Source of the DNA: Takakia lepidozioides
Lineage: Eukaryota; Plantae; Bryophyta
Reading direction: 5' to 3'
NCBI GenBank assembly: GCA_030704615.1
Contig: CM060733.1
Location: 33,790,001-33,854,000 of the forward strand
DNA: 64,000 bases
Made by a program: the position numbers and the translations under genes. Under the pieces are notes generated by a model. It saw only the letters and a program-made list of their open reading frames with translations, did no database searches and had not been told where the DNA came from. This document shows, in pieces, positions 25,883 to 38,477 of this stretch (the stretch's first letter is position 1; each line of letters begins with the position of its first letter).

Positions 25883-28800
25883 CTCAACCTGCAGGTACCA
25901 CTGCCAAGTTTGGGTCAACTCTGCCATCGACATTGGGAAGGTGACATGGCGCACAATTACGCACATGGTCCTTCCAAGTCATGCCATCCCGACCCTCCAA
26001 GATCAGGACCCCTGAGGGCAACACCTCTCGAACTCTCAGAATAACACGCCCTGCAGTAACATCCAGAGTCGTAGGAGCAGTCTGCTGCAAATAAATATAG
26101 TCACCAGGGCTAAACCTCCGAACCCCAGGACGATATCCTCCACCACGTATTATGGCATACCTCAACGTATCACGGTGCTGTGCAATGGCAAGGTTCTCAA
26201 AAGCCATGGGCATGACTTTCTTGAACAACTCTGCACGCTGATCATATGCACGTACCCACACGTCCGGATCGTCAAGATTAAGGACTTGAGCAGTGTCCCT
26301 ACGAATGGCTGCAGGCAAATCCGGCTCTCGGCCAAAGAGAAGGAAATATGGTGAGAAGGAGGCAAGTGATGCTTGTTTGCTGAACCTGTAGCCCATGGCT
26401 AACCAAGGAACCTGAAGATCCCAATCTCCTAAGTGTCCCTTCTGCAAGCCATACTTGCGCAAACCCCTCTTCACCGTCTGAACAACTCTCTCTGCTAAGC
26501 CATCGGCCTCAGGATGATCCCGAGAAGTGGTGCAGTGGTTTATCAAGGCTTTATCACACAAAGCCTGAAACTCCCCCAAGAACTCTCTCCCTTGGTCCGT
26601 GAGTACCTCAGCTGGAGCACCAAATCGGCTAAGCACACGATCCAAAAATGCATACGCAGCCCCCTCACTAGCCTTGTCAGGCAATGGAACCAACTCAATC
26701 CACTTGGAGAAGTGCTCCACCATCACCAACACATATCTGTGGTGGCGCATAGTCAGTGGCAACGGTCGTGCGAAGACAAGACTCCACCTGTAGCCCAATC
26801 CCATGATTGGTAAAGGATGCAACTGTGGTGTAGGGGCGTTGAATGAAGCATGCACCCTGTCACACACCATGCACCTAGCCACGAACTGTTGCACCTCTGT
26901 ATGCATACCACGCCACCAATACTGCCCCTGCAGTAAACTGTGAGTGCGTCGCACTCCAAATGCCCCAACTCCTCATGGGCATGCCGCACTAACCGTGCAC
27001 GCTGTGTGGGGTGATGCACAATCCTCACCCGACCATCCTCCCACACTCGAAGTAGGTGTATCCCCTCCCACTTGAACCTCTTGGCTCGTTGCAGGATCCG
27101 ATCCCTCTCCCTGGCAGTCACAGTGGCTGCCGTGTCTCCCGTGCGGAGAAAGTCCAACACAGCCGAATCCTCATGTATATCTCTGGCACCACCTGGCTCA
27201 TCACTAGCCTCGGGGTCCTCAGACACTCCGTCTACAGTCATCCCTGTTGCAGGTCCAACCTGACCTCCCGATGCTAAGATACACAAAAATGCAGATGCGT
27301 GTCATCCCGACACCATCTCCTCGTCCGTCTCACCATGCCACCGAGCTCCAGTGTCATCCGCTGGCTCATGCATGGATTGCGACTCAATCCATCCGCATCC
27401 CGATTGACCAAACCCGGTCGATGCACAACCTGAAAGTCATACTCCTGGAGTATAAGTGCCCACCGTGCAAGCTTCCCCGTAAGCTTGTCTGACTCCATCA
27501 AACCACTTGAGTGGCTGGTGATCCGTGACAAGGGTGAAAAGATTGCCGTATAGATAGCACCTGAAGTGTGCCACGGCCCACACTGCAGCTAAGCACTCTC
27601 CTCATATGAGCTGTACTTAGCCTCTGCAGCGTTGTTCGAGCGGCTAGCGTAAGCCACTACGAACTCTCTTCCCTCATCATCCACCTGTGTGAGCACCGCT
27701 CCAAGCCCTAGCATGCTCCAATCCGTATGCAGCTGAAAGGGACGCCCCCTGATAGGTCGTCTCAAGATAGGCGCCGAGGTCAACCTCGCCTTGAGCTCTT
27801 GAAAAGCTCGTTCCTGCTCATCTTCCCACTGCCACTCCTGGTCCACCTTGGTCAGCTTGGTTAGAGCCTTTGCAATGGTACTAAATCCCTTGACAAACCG
27901 TCTATAATAGTTTGCCAACCCCATGAAAGCTCGAACTCGGCTCACATCCGTGGGGCGTGGAATTTGTGCAATGGCCTCTACCTTAGTCTGCTGTACCCCC
28001 AATCCTCCAGGACATATCATGTGACCCAGATACTCAATCTGGTTGTGGAAAAACTTGCACTTCCCCGGATGCAACTTCAATCCGTGCGCTCTCAAGCGCT
28101 CCAATACCACCTGAAGGTGTCTCTCATGCTCATCCATCGTAATACTAAAGATGATGATGTCATCTATGTAGCACCGAGCAAAGTCCACCCCTGCTAGAAT
28201 CCTATCCATGACTCTCTGAAACTCTGCAGGAGCATTCTTAAGCCCAAATGGTAAGAACCGCCACTGATATAGGCAATCCTTGTCGTGCTCATTGATCCCC
28301 CAGAATGTCGTCTTCTGCTTGTCCGCCTCCTTGATTGACAACTAGTGATATCCGGATCGTAAATCCAAAGTGTTAAAGGCTTTAGCATGCCCGATGGCAT
28401 CAAAGATCTCCTCTGGTGTTGGCATGACATACTTATCGGACTTGGTCTGACGATTTACATGCCGGTAATCACCGCACATACGTCTCTCCGTCCAATTGCC
28501 ATAGACATCCTTCTTGGCTGGCATCACTGTGGCTGAAGCATACTCTCCACCAGAGAGCTCCACCAAACCTGCCTCCCAGAGATCTTGAGTCCTCATCTGA
28601 ATCAAAGACCTCTCCATGTCACTGTATCTATAGGGTCTCCGAAAGATTGGCGTGTCTGTGGCCAACTCAATACGGATCTCTTGACCCTTCAGTGCTCCCA
28701 AGTATTTCAAATTGAAGGCAAAGCAATTCCTGTAAGCCCTCAGGAACCGCCGTATACGTCGTCTCTCTCCTCCGGTGACAATGGGTCCAATGTCAGGCTC

Positions 28801-29399
28801 CCAATTGTCCTCCGTAACTGCAACCTTAAGTCCAGTGGGCTTAGAGGTAGAGGACGCGTCCAGTGGTTGCTATGTTGCAACCTCTTGAGCAGTACTCCCT
28901 GCCTGCTCAGTCAATGACAAGGCCTCATCCTGCCCCATCATCTCATCCTTGAGGACCTCCTCAACCCGAGAAGAATCCCCAACCTCATCCATCACAGCCG
29001 CCTTGGCTGCCAACTCCCTCTGAACCTCGAGCACCTCCCACGTGTGCCATGGATGCATGCACCCCGTGGTCCTCACATGCTCGCCCCCACTCACTGCCTG
29101 TACCGTCTCGGTAGGCAAAGAGACCATTGAAGGAAGTGTACTCCGCATTCTGCGTTGCTCAGCCAGACGTTCAGGCATTATGAGTATGGGGCTTTACAAG
29201 CTTCTCACAATCTCGGTACGCAGATTGTCTACCAAAGATTCCAACCAGCTTTCAATCATTCTTTGTAGATCACATGACATGGCCTAGTAACGAAGCACAG
29301 AAAGAATTTATGTGGAGCACTCGAGAACAATTTAACATAACTATGTGTATTGTTATATATCTAAATGGCTCGACTCTCCGCATGGTATTTCCAATCAAT

Positions 29400-29990
29400 T
29401 TTGGTAATCAAACAACCGCTAGGATTTCAATATGGACAATATATACAAAACTAAAGACATGATTTGTTTTGGCCTTTACTATATCATAATAAACATTGTA
29501 TGTTATACTACATCGAGTAAGCACCTCAAACTTCATGGAGTCCACACTACTCGCCATAGCAAGAGAATTTGACAAGCTCTTCTCTTGCACCCTAAATCAA
29601 GATGGTTTAACCTTTTTAATGCAGACACGTGCCAAAGTAGGCCGCCATATCACAGGGTACCCCCATGGTTATTACCATGCATTTACATCGAATAACCATG
29701 CAACTGTTAGGACGACTATGTCATTATATTGTACTAGTCCAGAGGCTCCCAATCTTGTCGGGAATGCCACTATGACCATTTCTCTCCCTCATGATTCATG
29801 TCATAGAATTTGCATTTTGCCATGATAGATACATAGACAAGTCGATCATGAATAAATTCATAAAATACAAACCAATCATCCTAGCTCTTTGTCAACATGG
29901 ATGGCACATCAGCTCCACCTTGAGAGTTATCACTCTTGGTGTCAAAGGGGGGAGGCATTGTCATAACAACAAAATCCTAAGAGAAAACCC
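29400..29990 (+). mobile_element. Degraded 3' fragment of a restriction-like-endonuclease (RLE) LINE, Dualen/RandI-like
   Basis: Frame from 29513: KHLKLHGVHTTRHSK..ALLLHPKSRWFNLFNADT..RVPPWLLPC. ORF 29791: HVIEFAFCHDRY..NKFIKYKPIILAL.QHGWHI...VITLGVKG. These give the RH, PxW, E, KxxKY and GxxG pattern of RLE domains. Confidence 0.6.
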
Positions 29991-31465
29991 CAAGGTACTC
30001 TTAAAAGTACATCATCTTCCCGTCTGCACATCATGTCTATCAGATCACTCACAACTTTGATAAAAGAGAGATTGAAAGTGTCAAGTTGCCACGACATATG
30101 ATAGAGCCCACTTATGACAAGGATAACTACTTGACAAGGGGAAGAGGCTCTTAGGACATGAGCAGCAATGGCTCACTAAACTGCCGCTCCATCATCGCTA
30201 TGCCGAGGCGTATGGTGAGGCATGCAAGCTAGATAGCACGTGGACTGGCAAGAGCCAGAGTGGCAATCCACCATATCCATAGTAGAGTAATGGCGCCAGG
30301 CTGAGGTGACCCTGGGCCTCACCATCTGCCACTTGTCATTACATGTGAGGTTGAGTGGTAGCATATCCCGTGGCAGTGCAGGAGAATGTGCTGGAGTGGG
30401 ACGAAATTTGGTGAAGTGCAAGAATGTGCTGTTGGGGACAAGAATCTTGTTCGACAAACGCCCAAAAATACCCGCCTGGTGGGCATGCTCTTATATTTAT
30501 GCTACATTCAGCTGTCATATATGTATATGTATATTGAAGTACTAAATTGAGGGTTGGCATGGAGCAGATGTTGTGTGGCTTGGTGCTAGCAGACCTCACT
30601 ATTCTAGCTTGCTAGGGGGAAGTATCTCTTCCAGTCACTGATTTCAGCCAGAAAAAAGGAAGAGTTTCGAAGAATGGTCCAAGATACTGGACAACAATGG
30701 ACATTGTTGCCCACAGCTCGAGGAAAATCAAACATCACAACTTTAAAGTACCAACAGTATAGTATTTTAGTGCTTTAGTTTTTAGTTATCAACAGAATAG
30801 TCTAGGGCCACTCTTTCATTTTCATGCTCTCTACCCTAATTAAATTTTACCGTCCCATACTCTTTTCACTGTGGAACCTTTTCAAAACTTTCTTCAATAC
30901 TTCAAAACTACGTAGAAACAACAGTGGGTTGATAATGTCTACACAAAACTTTGGGAGTCTTCATTACTATCTCTTCGTAACATCACCGACAATACATTCA
31001 TACTGTTTAATGGTTAAGGCTACAGTCTCTAAAATTTAGCACAGACCTGCAGAGTTGTGGTAAACTCTGATGAAGGACAGAAGCTGGAGACAACAAGCAC
31101 TAATCAAAACTCTACATTTCCTTATGTTGGAGATACTTGAGAGCACTATCCTTTTCCACATGAAAGAAAATTGACAATAGCAGAACAAGCCCAAAGATAT
31201 CCTGGACATAAGCCCTACCATAACTTCTTATCGATATGTATATACAAAATTTGACAATCACTGTCCAGAACCAATACTGGAAATCCAGTTGCATTACTAC
31301 TATCATTCTTGCTATGTCAAGCAGCCCAGTGGACTTGCAAATGATCCTGTATAATTGCAGCAGCTAGCAAATACTAGGAAGAACTCTAGTTTGTCATACC
31401 AGGATGTGCCCACGAGCTTAGCATTGATGATTGCCCAATCCAACCCTCTTATGATCTGGATACTC

Positions 31466-34400
31466 TCATCTTCGAACAGAGAATGAGCTTGAGCCAGACC
31501 TTGCTTTTGTGTTACCAGCTGGCTTGCTTCTCCTGGCTGCAAGCATTCTTGCTTCGTTACTGCATAACCAACAGATGCACCCACCATAAAGGACACATAG
31601 ATATGATACTTACTACTAGATAGGAATGCTATTCAGCTCTTGATATCCCCAACAAATGCACCACCATAAGCAAGGAGAATCAGGGTTCAAATAATGTATG
31701 GCAAGCTTCCTAAAGTCTTGATAAGCCAGGCATGAAGCACACAACCAAACCGAACCTAACAGTACAACATCTTGCATGCCTTCTTGATTGAGGCTTGTAC
31801 CATGTGTGTAGACAATTCTGTATTTAACTACATCGAGACAACTGACAAATACATGGGTGGAAACTGGAAGTTGCAAGCCTTGACAAAACTTCCTATGACA
31901 GTGACCAAATGAAAACTTCGAAGTTCATCAACATTTCTGGTAATCATGCATACTACTACTACTTGCCCTATATCTTCATTTCTCCCCCAAAAGGAATACA
32001 CCCAGGATGGCCTAGGGTTTACCTGTTAACATACTCCATCCTGGCCTTTTTCATCAGTCGACCTTTGCAATTTGCAACTCGACCTGCTGGGCCACTAGCT
32101 GTTGTCATGACAATCGATGTCAAAAATATACTCGTAGGAAGATCAATTTCAACCCCAAATGGTTCTTTCATTGAGAATTCATGCTTATGAAGATGGTGAA
32201 CTAGCTAGCCTAGGCTCTTTTAGGGCTCTCTACAGAATCAGATAATGTAAGTGACTAGAGCAGAGGCAACAACCCTTAACAGGACTCAGCCCTCTTTCCA
32301 ACTCAAGAGTATAACACTGCAACATTGCTATCCACACCATCATCAAGAGAACATTGACGAAGACTAGAAACAGACCCATCCTGCAACATTTCTAACTCTC
32401 ATAGACAACACCCAATTAAATCCCATGTCCCAGTATCAAATTTGCAGTCTTTGCTATCAATGAAGCTGGTTCAGTAAGTCAACCAGGCAATTGCTGTGTA
32501 ACCCCCAATGGAACGTAATGCAACTTCCTGAGGTCATTATAGAGGTAGACAGCTCTTCATTTCAATCGCAAATGTGATTTAACTGTGCATAAGCATTCAC
32601 TTGGATGTACCTCCAGGGGCTGCCTTCCTTCTCTTGCTCTCTGGTGGAGTTACAGAACAAATCTGGGTTTGCCGGTTCTGTTTTTCTGAACCATAAGAAA
32701 GGCAATACAAGAGTATTACATCAATATACTAATAGAATCATCTGCAGAACTTAGACCACACTCAGAGTATTCAAACACATCATCGAAATATTAGTATCCT
32801 CTAGAGTACCTCTGGCTGCATGAGGACTTATTTGTCCCATTTGAGCTAAGTTGCTACTCATTAGCCTGAACAGATGTGAGACCCATGTTGGATCTAGAGC
32901 ATACATTGGACCCATATAACTCACAACAACTGATGACAAAAAGATGAAACACATAGAAACTTACGAGTATTGGCTTCCTTATATAACTCCTTCAGACGCT
33001 TCACACCTTTCTTCTGCACTTCCTCTTGCTCTCTGATCTTGGCCTGAGAAATGCAAGTTGAGAACCAAATGTCAGCATAAGTTACACAAACAGCAGTTGA
33101 CAACTATCTGCAAGATATTTTGCAAGGATTACAAACACCGTTTGCCTCTAGACCCCTACAGACTTTGGCTATGCACTGCCTGCTGCATGACATTTTTTAT
33201 GGCTTAATCCATTGCTTGAACCCCCTTCCATTTAAACGCAGGCCTTGGCTCCGAGATCCAGTTTTGTTTACAGGATTTTGATCCCAAGAGTCAGCAGAGC
33301 TGGGAACTCCTGCAGATACCACTAAAACCCTAGTATCAGATATGAGAAACCGTTCAAGGGCAGAAGCCGCCAAACAGATACAGACATGATGAGTCAAGCG
33401 GTAATCAGATCTAGGTCAACGCTATCTTCCTCCCAAGAGGTGAGCACCTTACACCTGATACAATGATTTCCACTTGAATTTGCATCCACGCTTCCTCATG
33501 CGTTCCTTGACAGTGTCCACATTCTCATTTCCAAACCTGCGAGCGTAGCACTTGCGCCATAATTCATCTGTTACTGAACTTAGGTCTCTGCCCTGCAAGT
33601 AAACCACCCGAGTGTAAGGCCTCAAATCTCACGCTCCTCCTCTACTATAGCCACCACATCGTTAGTCCAGCCAGTAAACTACAGGCCTTGTAGGTCAGAT
33701 AATGTGCGCGTGCATAGCCTGGTCGTCCTGAAGCTACCTAAGGGGGTATCAGTGTACCATAACGTCTGTGCTGGATTTCGAGTTGAAGTTCACAGTCCCG
33801 GGGTATGGCGTCAAATTAGTCGCCCCCTTCGGAAAGTGCCTACATCCTGCTGTTGAGCTTTACGAGCTTAGCATGAGCACTGCAGCATGTTCTCACATAG
33901 ATCCGATCAGGGTTTTCAACTTGCACCAGGATTCTATCCCACGATCTACTTCAAAAAAGTTCCCTAGCAGCAATCTCTCGGATACAGCACCAGACAGCTT
34001 GTGTGAATTCTCCTTTATTCCAAATAACATCGATAAGTACCTCTCCAATTTCATTCACCTAATATCCATTCACAATTCGACTAAGAAAAAAATACAGGAC
34101 GTCTACGGATTCGCATCCTTTACCATCAAATAGGACGTCATCTTCCGATATCCAAAAGGCCCTAAAGGTTCAAGCCTGCGCTACTCACAAACACAGCATG
34201 AAGCAAACCGACAGCAGTACACAACAGACATGCATGCCACCTCATAGATGAGACCCTAACCTAGCACACCAATCTGCACCACAAACACAGGAATCGATAA
34301 CGGCCAGGTACCGACCTGTGTGGCCGTTTCAATGTGAAGTAGCTGGTCTGCATTGCAATGCGGCAGGATGATCTTCAAGAGGCTGAGATCCGTGTGCCCT

Positions 34401-34468
34401 ACATCGCCAAGATGTGTCAAATTGTCTATTGCACTCCGCACACAGAGGTCCAACAGCGACACCGCCAT
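31466..34468 (-). CDS. Elongin A (RNA Pol II transcription factor SIII subunit A) domain protein, 6 exons, ~204 aa
   Basis: Exons 34316-34468, 33455-33592, 32965-33043, 32611-32685, 32023-32098, 31466-31559 (615 nt, in phase). BC-box SLLDLCVRSAIDN, LGDVG, ILPHCNADQLLHIE, TDELWRKCYARRFG, FKWKSLYQAK, GRLMKKARME. Confidence 0.9.
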
Positions 34469-35979
34469 GATACCTGCCTCCTTCAAATCATCACCTCAAA
34501 CAAACTTCGGGAGATCGATCATCTACAAATGAACTGCCAAAGACCCCCCAAAAGCCTACACCCCTCTGAAAATTTCCAACTCGTGCAGTGGCAGAACTTC
34601 CGCCTCCTTCAAATCGAAATCTAAGGAGCATCTTCCCTCGTCTGTCAAATCTACAAAGCAAAGATCCAGCACATCCAGAGCTCACAATTCCTGCCTTCTG
34701 GACGGCAGGGTAGCCGACTTTTATATTCTCTCATGCCATCAACCAGGGTCAAGTACTAACGCTGGTTCTGTGACTGTGGGTCAAGTAGCTAGCATCGCAC
34801 TCCAGACGTCTGCAGCTCAAATCTCATTGTCAACGAGCTTCATGTTTTAACCGTGTAAAATATGACCGTACTTTCAAGACTACTGCCCATGCGTTCCAAT
34901 GGCCAGGAACAATGAGGAACAATGTTGTCCAATGCTGTACTACTGTCTTTCAATTTTTACGCCCTAATTAAGAGTAAAAAACCATTAACTACCGTCCGTC
35001 TGTCCTTGAAAGCTTTTCTACACGCCTTCTTCTGCAAGGGTATTTTTTTCCTTGCCTTTTAATAGGATATTTGAATTTTGGCTTCTGTCTTTAAGAAAAA
35101 AAAATCTATCACGCCAATTAGTCTCCAACATACTTTTTTTTAAAGAGAAAAAGAAAGGGAACGAACTTAGGCCCTTTTAATCAAATTAATAAAGAAGAGT
35201 CACAAAAAGGTGGAATAAAAGATACTAAATAACACTGGTTAAAAGAAGAATAAATGCATGGAATTTATGCAAGCCCTGCCGTATAGTAATTATGAATAGG
35301 TAGTAGAAATCTGGAAGATCACATAATTAGTCTATTAATAAATATCAAGGTAACAGGATTTGAGCCCTGAATCACTCAGGTGGCACGCATGGTAATTTAT
35401 GGCAGTTGAACGGATGTCATTCATTAAAAAACAGAATATACTCTTGACAACTGTCTCGATCGAATTAGAAGTCTAATCGAAAGTATGGGTGCTAAAGCTT
35501 TGCGTAGTCCTGCCTTAGGAAGGCAGGGCCAACAAAACAAAACCGCACTGTACATTCAACTAAATATTTGTAACAATTGTTAGAGCACAAGGTCGCTAGA
35601 CAAATGGTCGTGGGTTCAAAGCTACATTGGAAACATATTGGATGAAATCGTCATGGTCCCATTATCAAGTACTCATCTAATATGTAAGTACTTGGGGAAT
35701 TTTAAGTCCTTTTGGAGGGATGTTGTTAGGACGCCATAAATTACATGGGCGGCATCCTGAAATAATGGGAAATCAGCACCCGGTAGACAGTTTATTGTTG
35801 GCTCCTCCCTCAAATAGAAGACCAATGCATCACTGATGAAAAGAGCCAAGATCCTGATGTACCTACACCAGAAAATACCTACAACAGTAATCACCTAAAC
35901 CAGCAAACACCCAAATTCGGTATTTCACTAATCCAATACCTTATTTCAAACATAGAACAAGACGCTCAAATGAGACAAT

Positions 35980-36057
35980 GTGAAGAGACACCATAAGTTA
36001 CGCTCCCTTGTAATTAATTCCCTCGTGGTGAAGAGACACCATAAGTTACACTCCCTT
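35980..36057 (+). repeat. Two tandem 3' fragments of the SINE family
   Basis: gtgaagagacaccataagttac(g/a)ctccctt occurs twice (35980-36009, 36028-36057); it is the reverse complement of 37323-37352. Confidence 0.65.
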
Positions 36058-36380
36058 TTTATAGGAAAACATAATTTGAAACTAGTGGAACAAAACTTAT
36101 AATAGATGGATTCTAGAATGGTATGATATTCAATGATAGGCATGGATTTGATGGTATAGAGCAATGATCTTGGGATAAAAAAACTTGGGATCGAACCTTT
36201 GCATGGCCCAAAATTTGTTCGTTTTTACAGAAATTAGGAGAAAAAACATGAGTACCATATAGGAAAACACAATTTGAAATTAGTGGAACAAAAATTATAA
36301 TTTATATTTATATTTATTCACTTTTGCAGAAATTAGTGTCTTTATTGTCAAAGTTCAATTAAAATGAAAAAGGTGGCAAT

Positions 36381-37001
36381 CAGTGTTGGGCAGGTATGTC
36401 ACTAAAAACATGACCTACGACCCCGGGCTTGTCAATATAAAATCCCATTAGAAGCCGCCCGAGCTTGTGAGGATTTTAAGATTTATGTTGTCCAACGGAT
36501 ATGCATAATCTATGCTCATTTTTTCGTTGTCGGTCATGGATATAAAGGGTTTGTTGTTATAGAAGCCCCTCGGTCGTGTGTAAGGGCAGGTCATGAACTT
36601 TATTTAAAATATTTAATATTTAAATGACTCCAACTTCTCTAAGAATGATTTGGCACCACCCTCATTTATAAATCATCAATTGATGAAGTACCTCAGTCAT
36701 GATCTCCCCCCATTTCATTAACTATCACTAGTCATTACCAACTTGGGCCCACCTCTTCACATGCCCTAGTTCTCCACACTCCACAAGCCCAGCCCGCCCC
36801 TCCCATACCTCTAACCCACATAGGCAGGGCTTTTGGCGGGCCTCCTAGAGCTATAACCTACCTATACAGGTCTTGGGGCGGGCCAGGGAGAGCCCAGGTC
36901 TTGGGCCGGGTAAGACGTGGGGATGGGCCGGCGGTCAGGGCTGGACATAGTGCATACCCTGGTATATATCCGGCTCTGACCTGTGTACCCGCCCAACACT
37001 G
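36381..37001. mobile_element. hAT-like MITE (older copy)
   Basis: TIRs cagtgttgggcaggta / tacccgcccaacactg; flanks gtggcaat / ggggcaac (6/8 match, decayed 8-bp TSD). Confidence 0.7.
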
Positions 37002-37304
37002 GGGGCAACGGAGGATGAAATATAAAAGTGTGACAGAAACGACCCAAAACAAAGGTCTTTTTTTCTTAGGTCTTTCATTTAGGTCACATTTATTCGGTTC
37101 GGTTTTGCATAAATTAATGGTCCAAAACAAAAGTCTTTCATTTTAGGTCTTTTTCTTTTTCTTTTTCTTTTTCTTTTTTTTTCTCGGCGGTTTCTTGGAT
37201 GTGAAATACTATTGGACCCGCTTCTCCGGAAGCTGGTCAATGTAGAATATAGAATATAGAAATATTTTTATATTACTACACTAAAAGCCATTCTCTATTC
37301 TATA

Positions 37305-37460
37305 AAAGTTTGATGCCTCCCGAAGGGAGCGTAACTTATGGTGTCTCTTCACCACAAGGGCTACTGCCTTCCGGTGGACACCTTCATGACACACGAGACC
37401 GTGGTTTGAACCCACAACCACATCCAACATGGTAAGTGCCCATTACCACTGGGCTATATT
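37305..37460 (-). mobile_element. tRNA-derived SINE
   Basis: Minus strand has A-box TAGCCCAGTGG and B-box GGTTCAAACC, then a non-tRNA body (gtgtccacc..gaaggca.tagc...gacaccataa.ttacgct). Homologous to 57130-57310 and absent from the opposite arm of the palindrome. Confidence 0.75.
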
Positions 37461-37809
37461 ATCTATTTTATATAAAATAGAGGAGGTCTGAAGCACAAAT
37501 TGTTTAGCTATTGTTTCTTTCCTTTGTCTTCATTGCTTTCAGGTAATCTTCTATTTCGCATAGTGTAATGGCTGTGAGACGCAACCGACCTCTTTGGATT
37601 GTAGATGATCTTGATTACAGTGTGAGAGATGCAACTTTCATGCTGATGTGATAGAGAAATATGGCATCCGGATTGTCACAATCACTTAACAACCTTGTGA
37701 AGAGTCATGAAGAGTGTTTTATTAAAGAGGCAGCATTGAGGATTGAGAACTTTGGCTTGCGCCCTAAACAGAAGTGGGAGAATGGGGATAGCGAGGTGAC
37801 AATACCTCA

Positions 37810-38172
37810 CCAGCTGTGGCCGAGCTGCTCTTTATTGCCACCTCGTTATCCCCCTTCTCCCACTTTTGTTTAGGACGCAAGCTGAAGTTCTCAATCATCA
37901 ATACTACCCCTTTAACAAAACACTCTTCATGATTCTTCATAAGGCTGCCACTGATGGTGATTGTGACAGTCTGGATGTCATATTTCTCTATCACATTAGC
38001 ATGAAGGTAAGAAAATAAAGAAGACTTTATGCTAGTCTTCTCAAAGTTTCCATACCTACTCAAAACGATACACTCAAAGGTTGCATCTCTCACATTGTAA
38101 TCAAGATCATCTACAGTCCAAAGAGGTCGGTTGCGTCTCACAACTATTACACTATGCAAAATAGAAGATTGC
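37810..38172 (-). pseudogene. RPA-like OB-fold exon fragment (inverted copy on + strand at ~37543-37810)
   Basis: After a ttttcag acceptor: ATFECIVLSRYGNFEK..FSYLHANVIEKYDIQTVTITISGSLMKNHEECFVKGVVLMIENFSLRPKQKWEKGDNEVAI. This strand-strand-strand-helix-G-strand-NF pattern resembles RPA70/DUF223 OB folds (recognised by eye). Confidence 0.5.
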
Positions 38173-38477
38173 CTGAAAACAATGAAGACAAAGGAAAGAA
38201 ACAATAGCTAAACAATTTGTGCTTCAGACCTCTTCTATTTTATATAGAATAGAGAATGGCTTTTAGTGTAGTAATATAAAGATATCTATTTTATATATAT
38301 AGAATAGAGAATGGCTTTTAGTGTAGTAATATAAAGATATTAATATATTTATATAAAATAGATAATGGCTTTGAATGTAGTAATATAAAAATATTTATAT
38401 ATTTATATATTTATATTTCTATATTCTACATTCTTAAAGGGACCAGCTTCGAGAGAAGGGGGTCCAATAGTATTTAA

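Larger units (their letters stand above)
24787..29270 (-). mobile_element. Ty3/gypsy LTR retrotransposon 2 with PHD-finger integrase tail, nested in element 1, 5'-truncated
   Basis: RT 27589-28710 (RMCGDYR, LDLRSGYH, LPFGLKNAP, YIDD); RNase H (LHTDWS, VAYASR); integrase 25884-26954 (EHFSKWIE, TDQGREF, HPEADGLAER); PHD 25739-25882; PPT-like tagggggg at 25481-25490; terminal repeats 24787-25479. Confidence 0.93.

Noticed and set aside
30058-30660. Missing 5' LTR of gypsy element 2
   Set aside because: Only short similarities (tgataaa, tgtcaagtt, acttgaca); no extended alignment to A or B and no TSD.
5799-34468. Functional clustering of Pol II factors (MINIYO and Elongin A)
   Set aside because: Two genes 15 kb apart separated by TEs; no evidence beyond chance adjacency.
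37305-37460. Functional tRNA gene (also 57130-57310 and an A-box-like motif at ~58193)
   Set aside because: A/B boxes are present but there is no complete cloverleaf or acceptor stem; the shared non-tRNA tail indicates a SINE.
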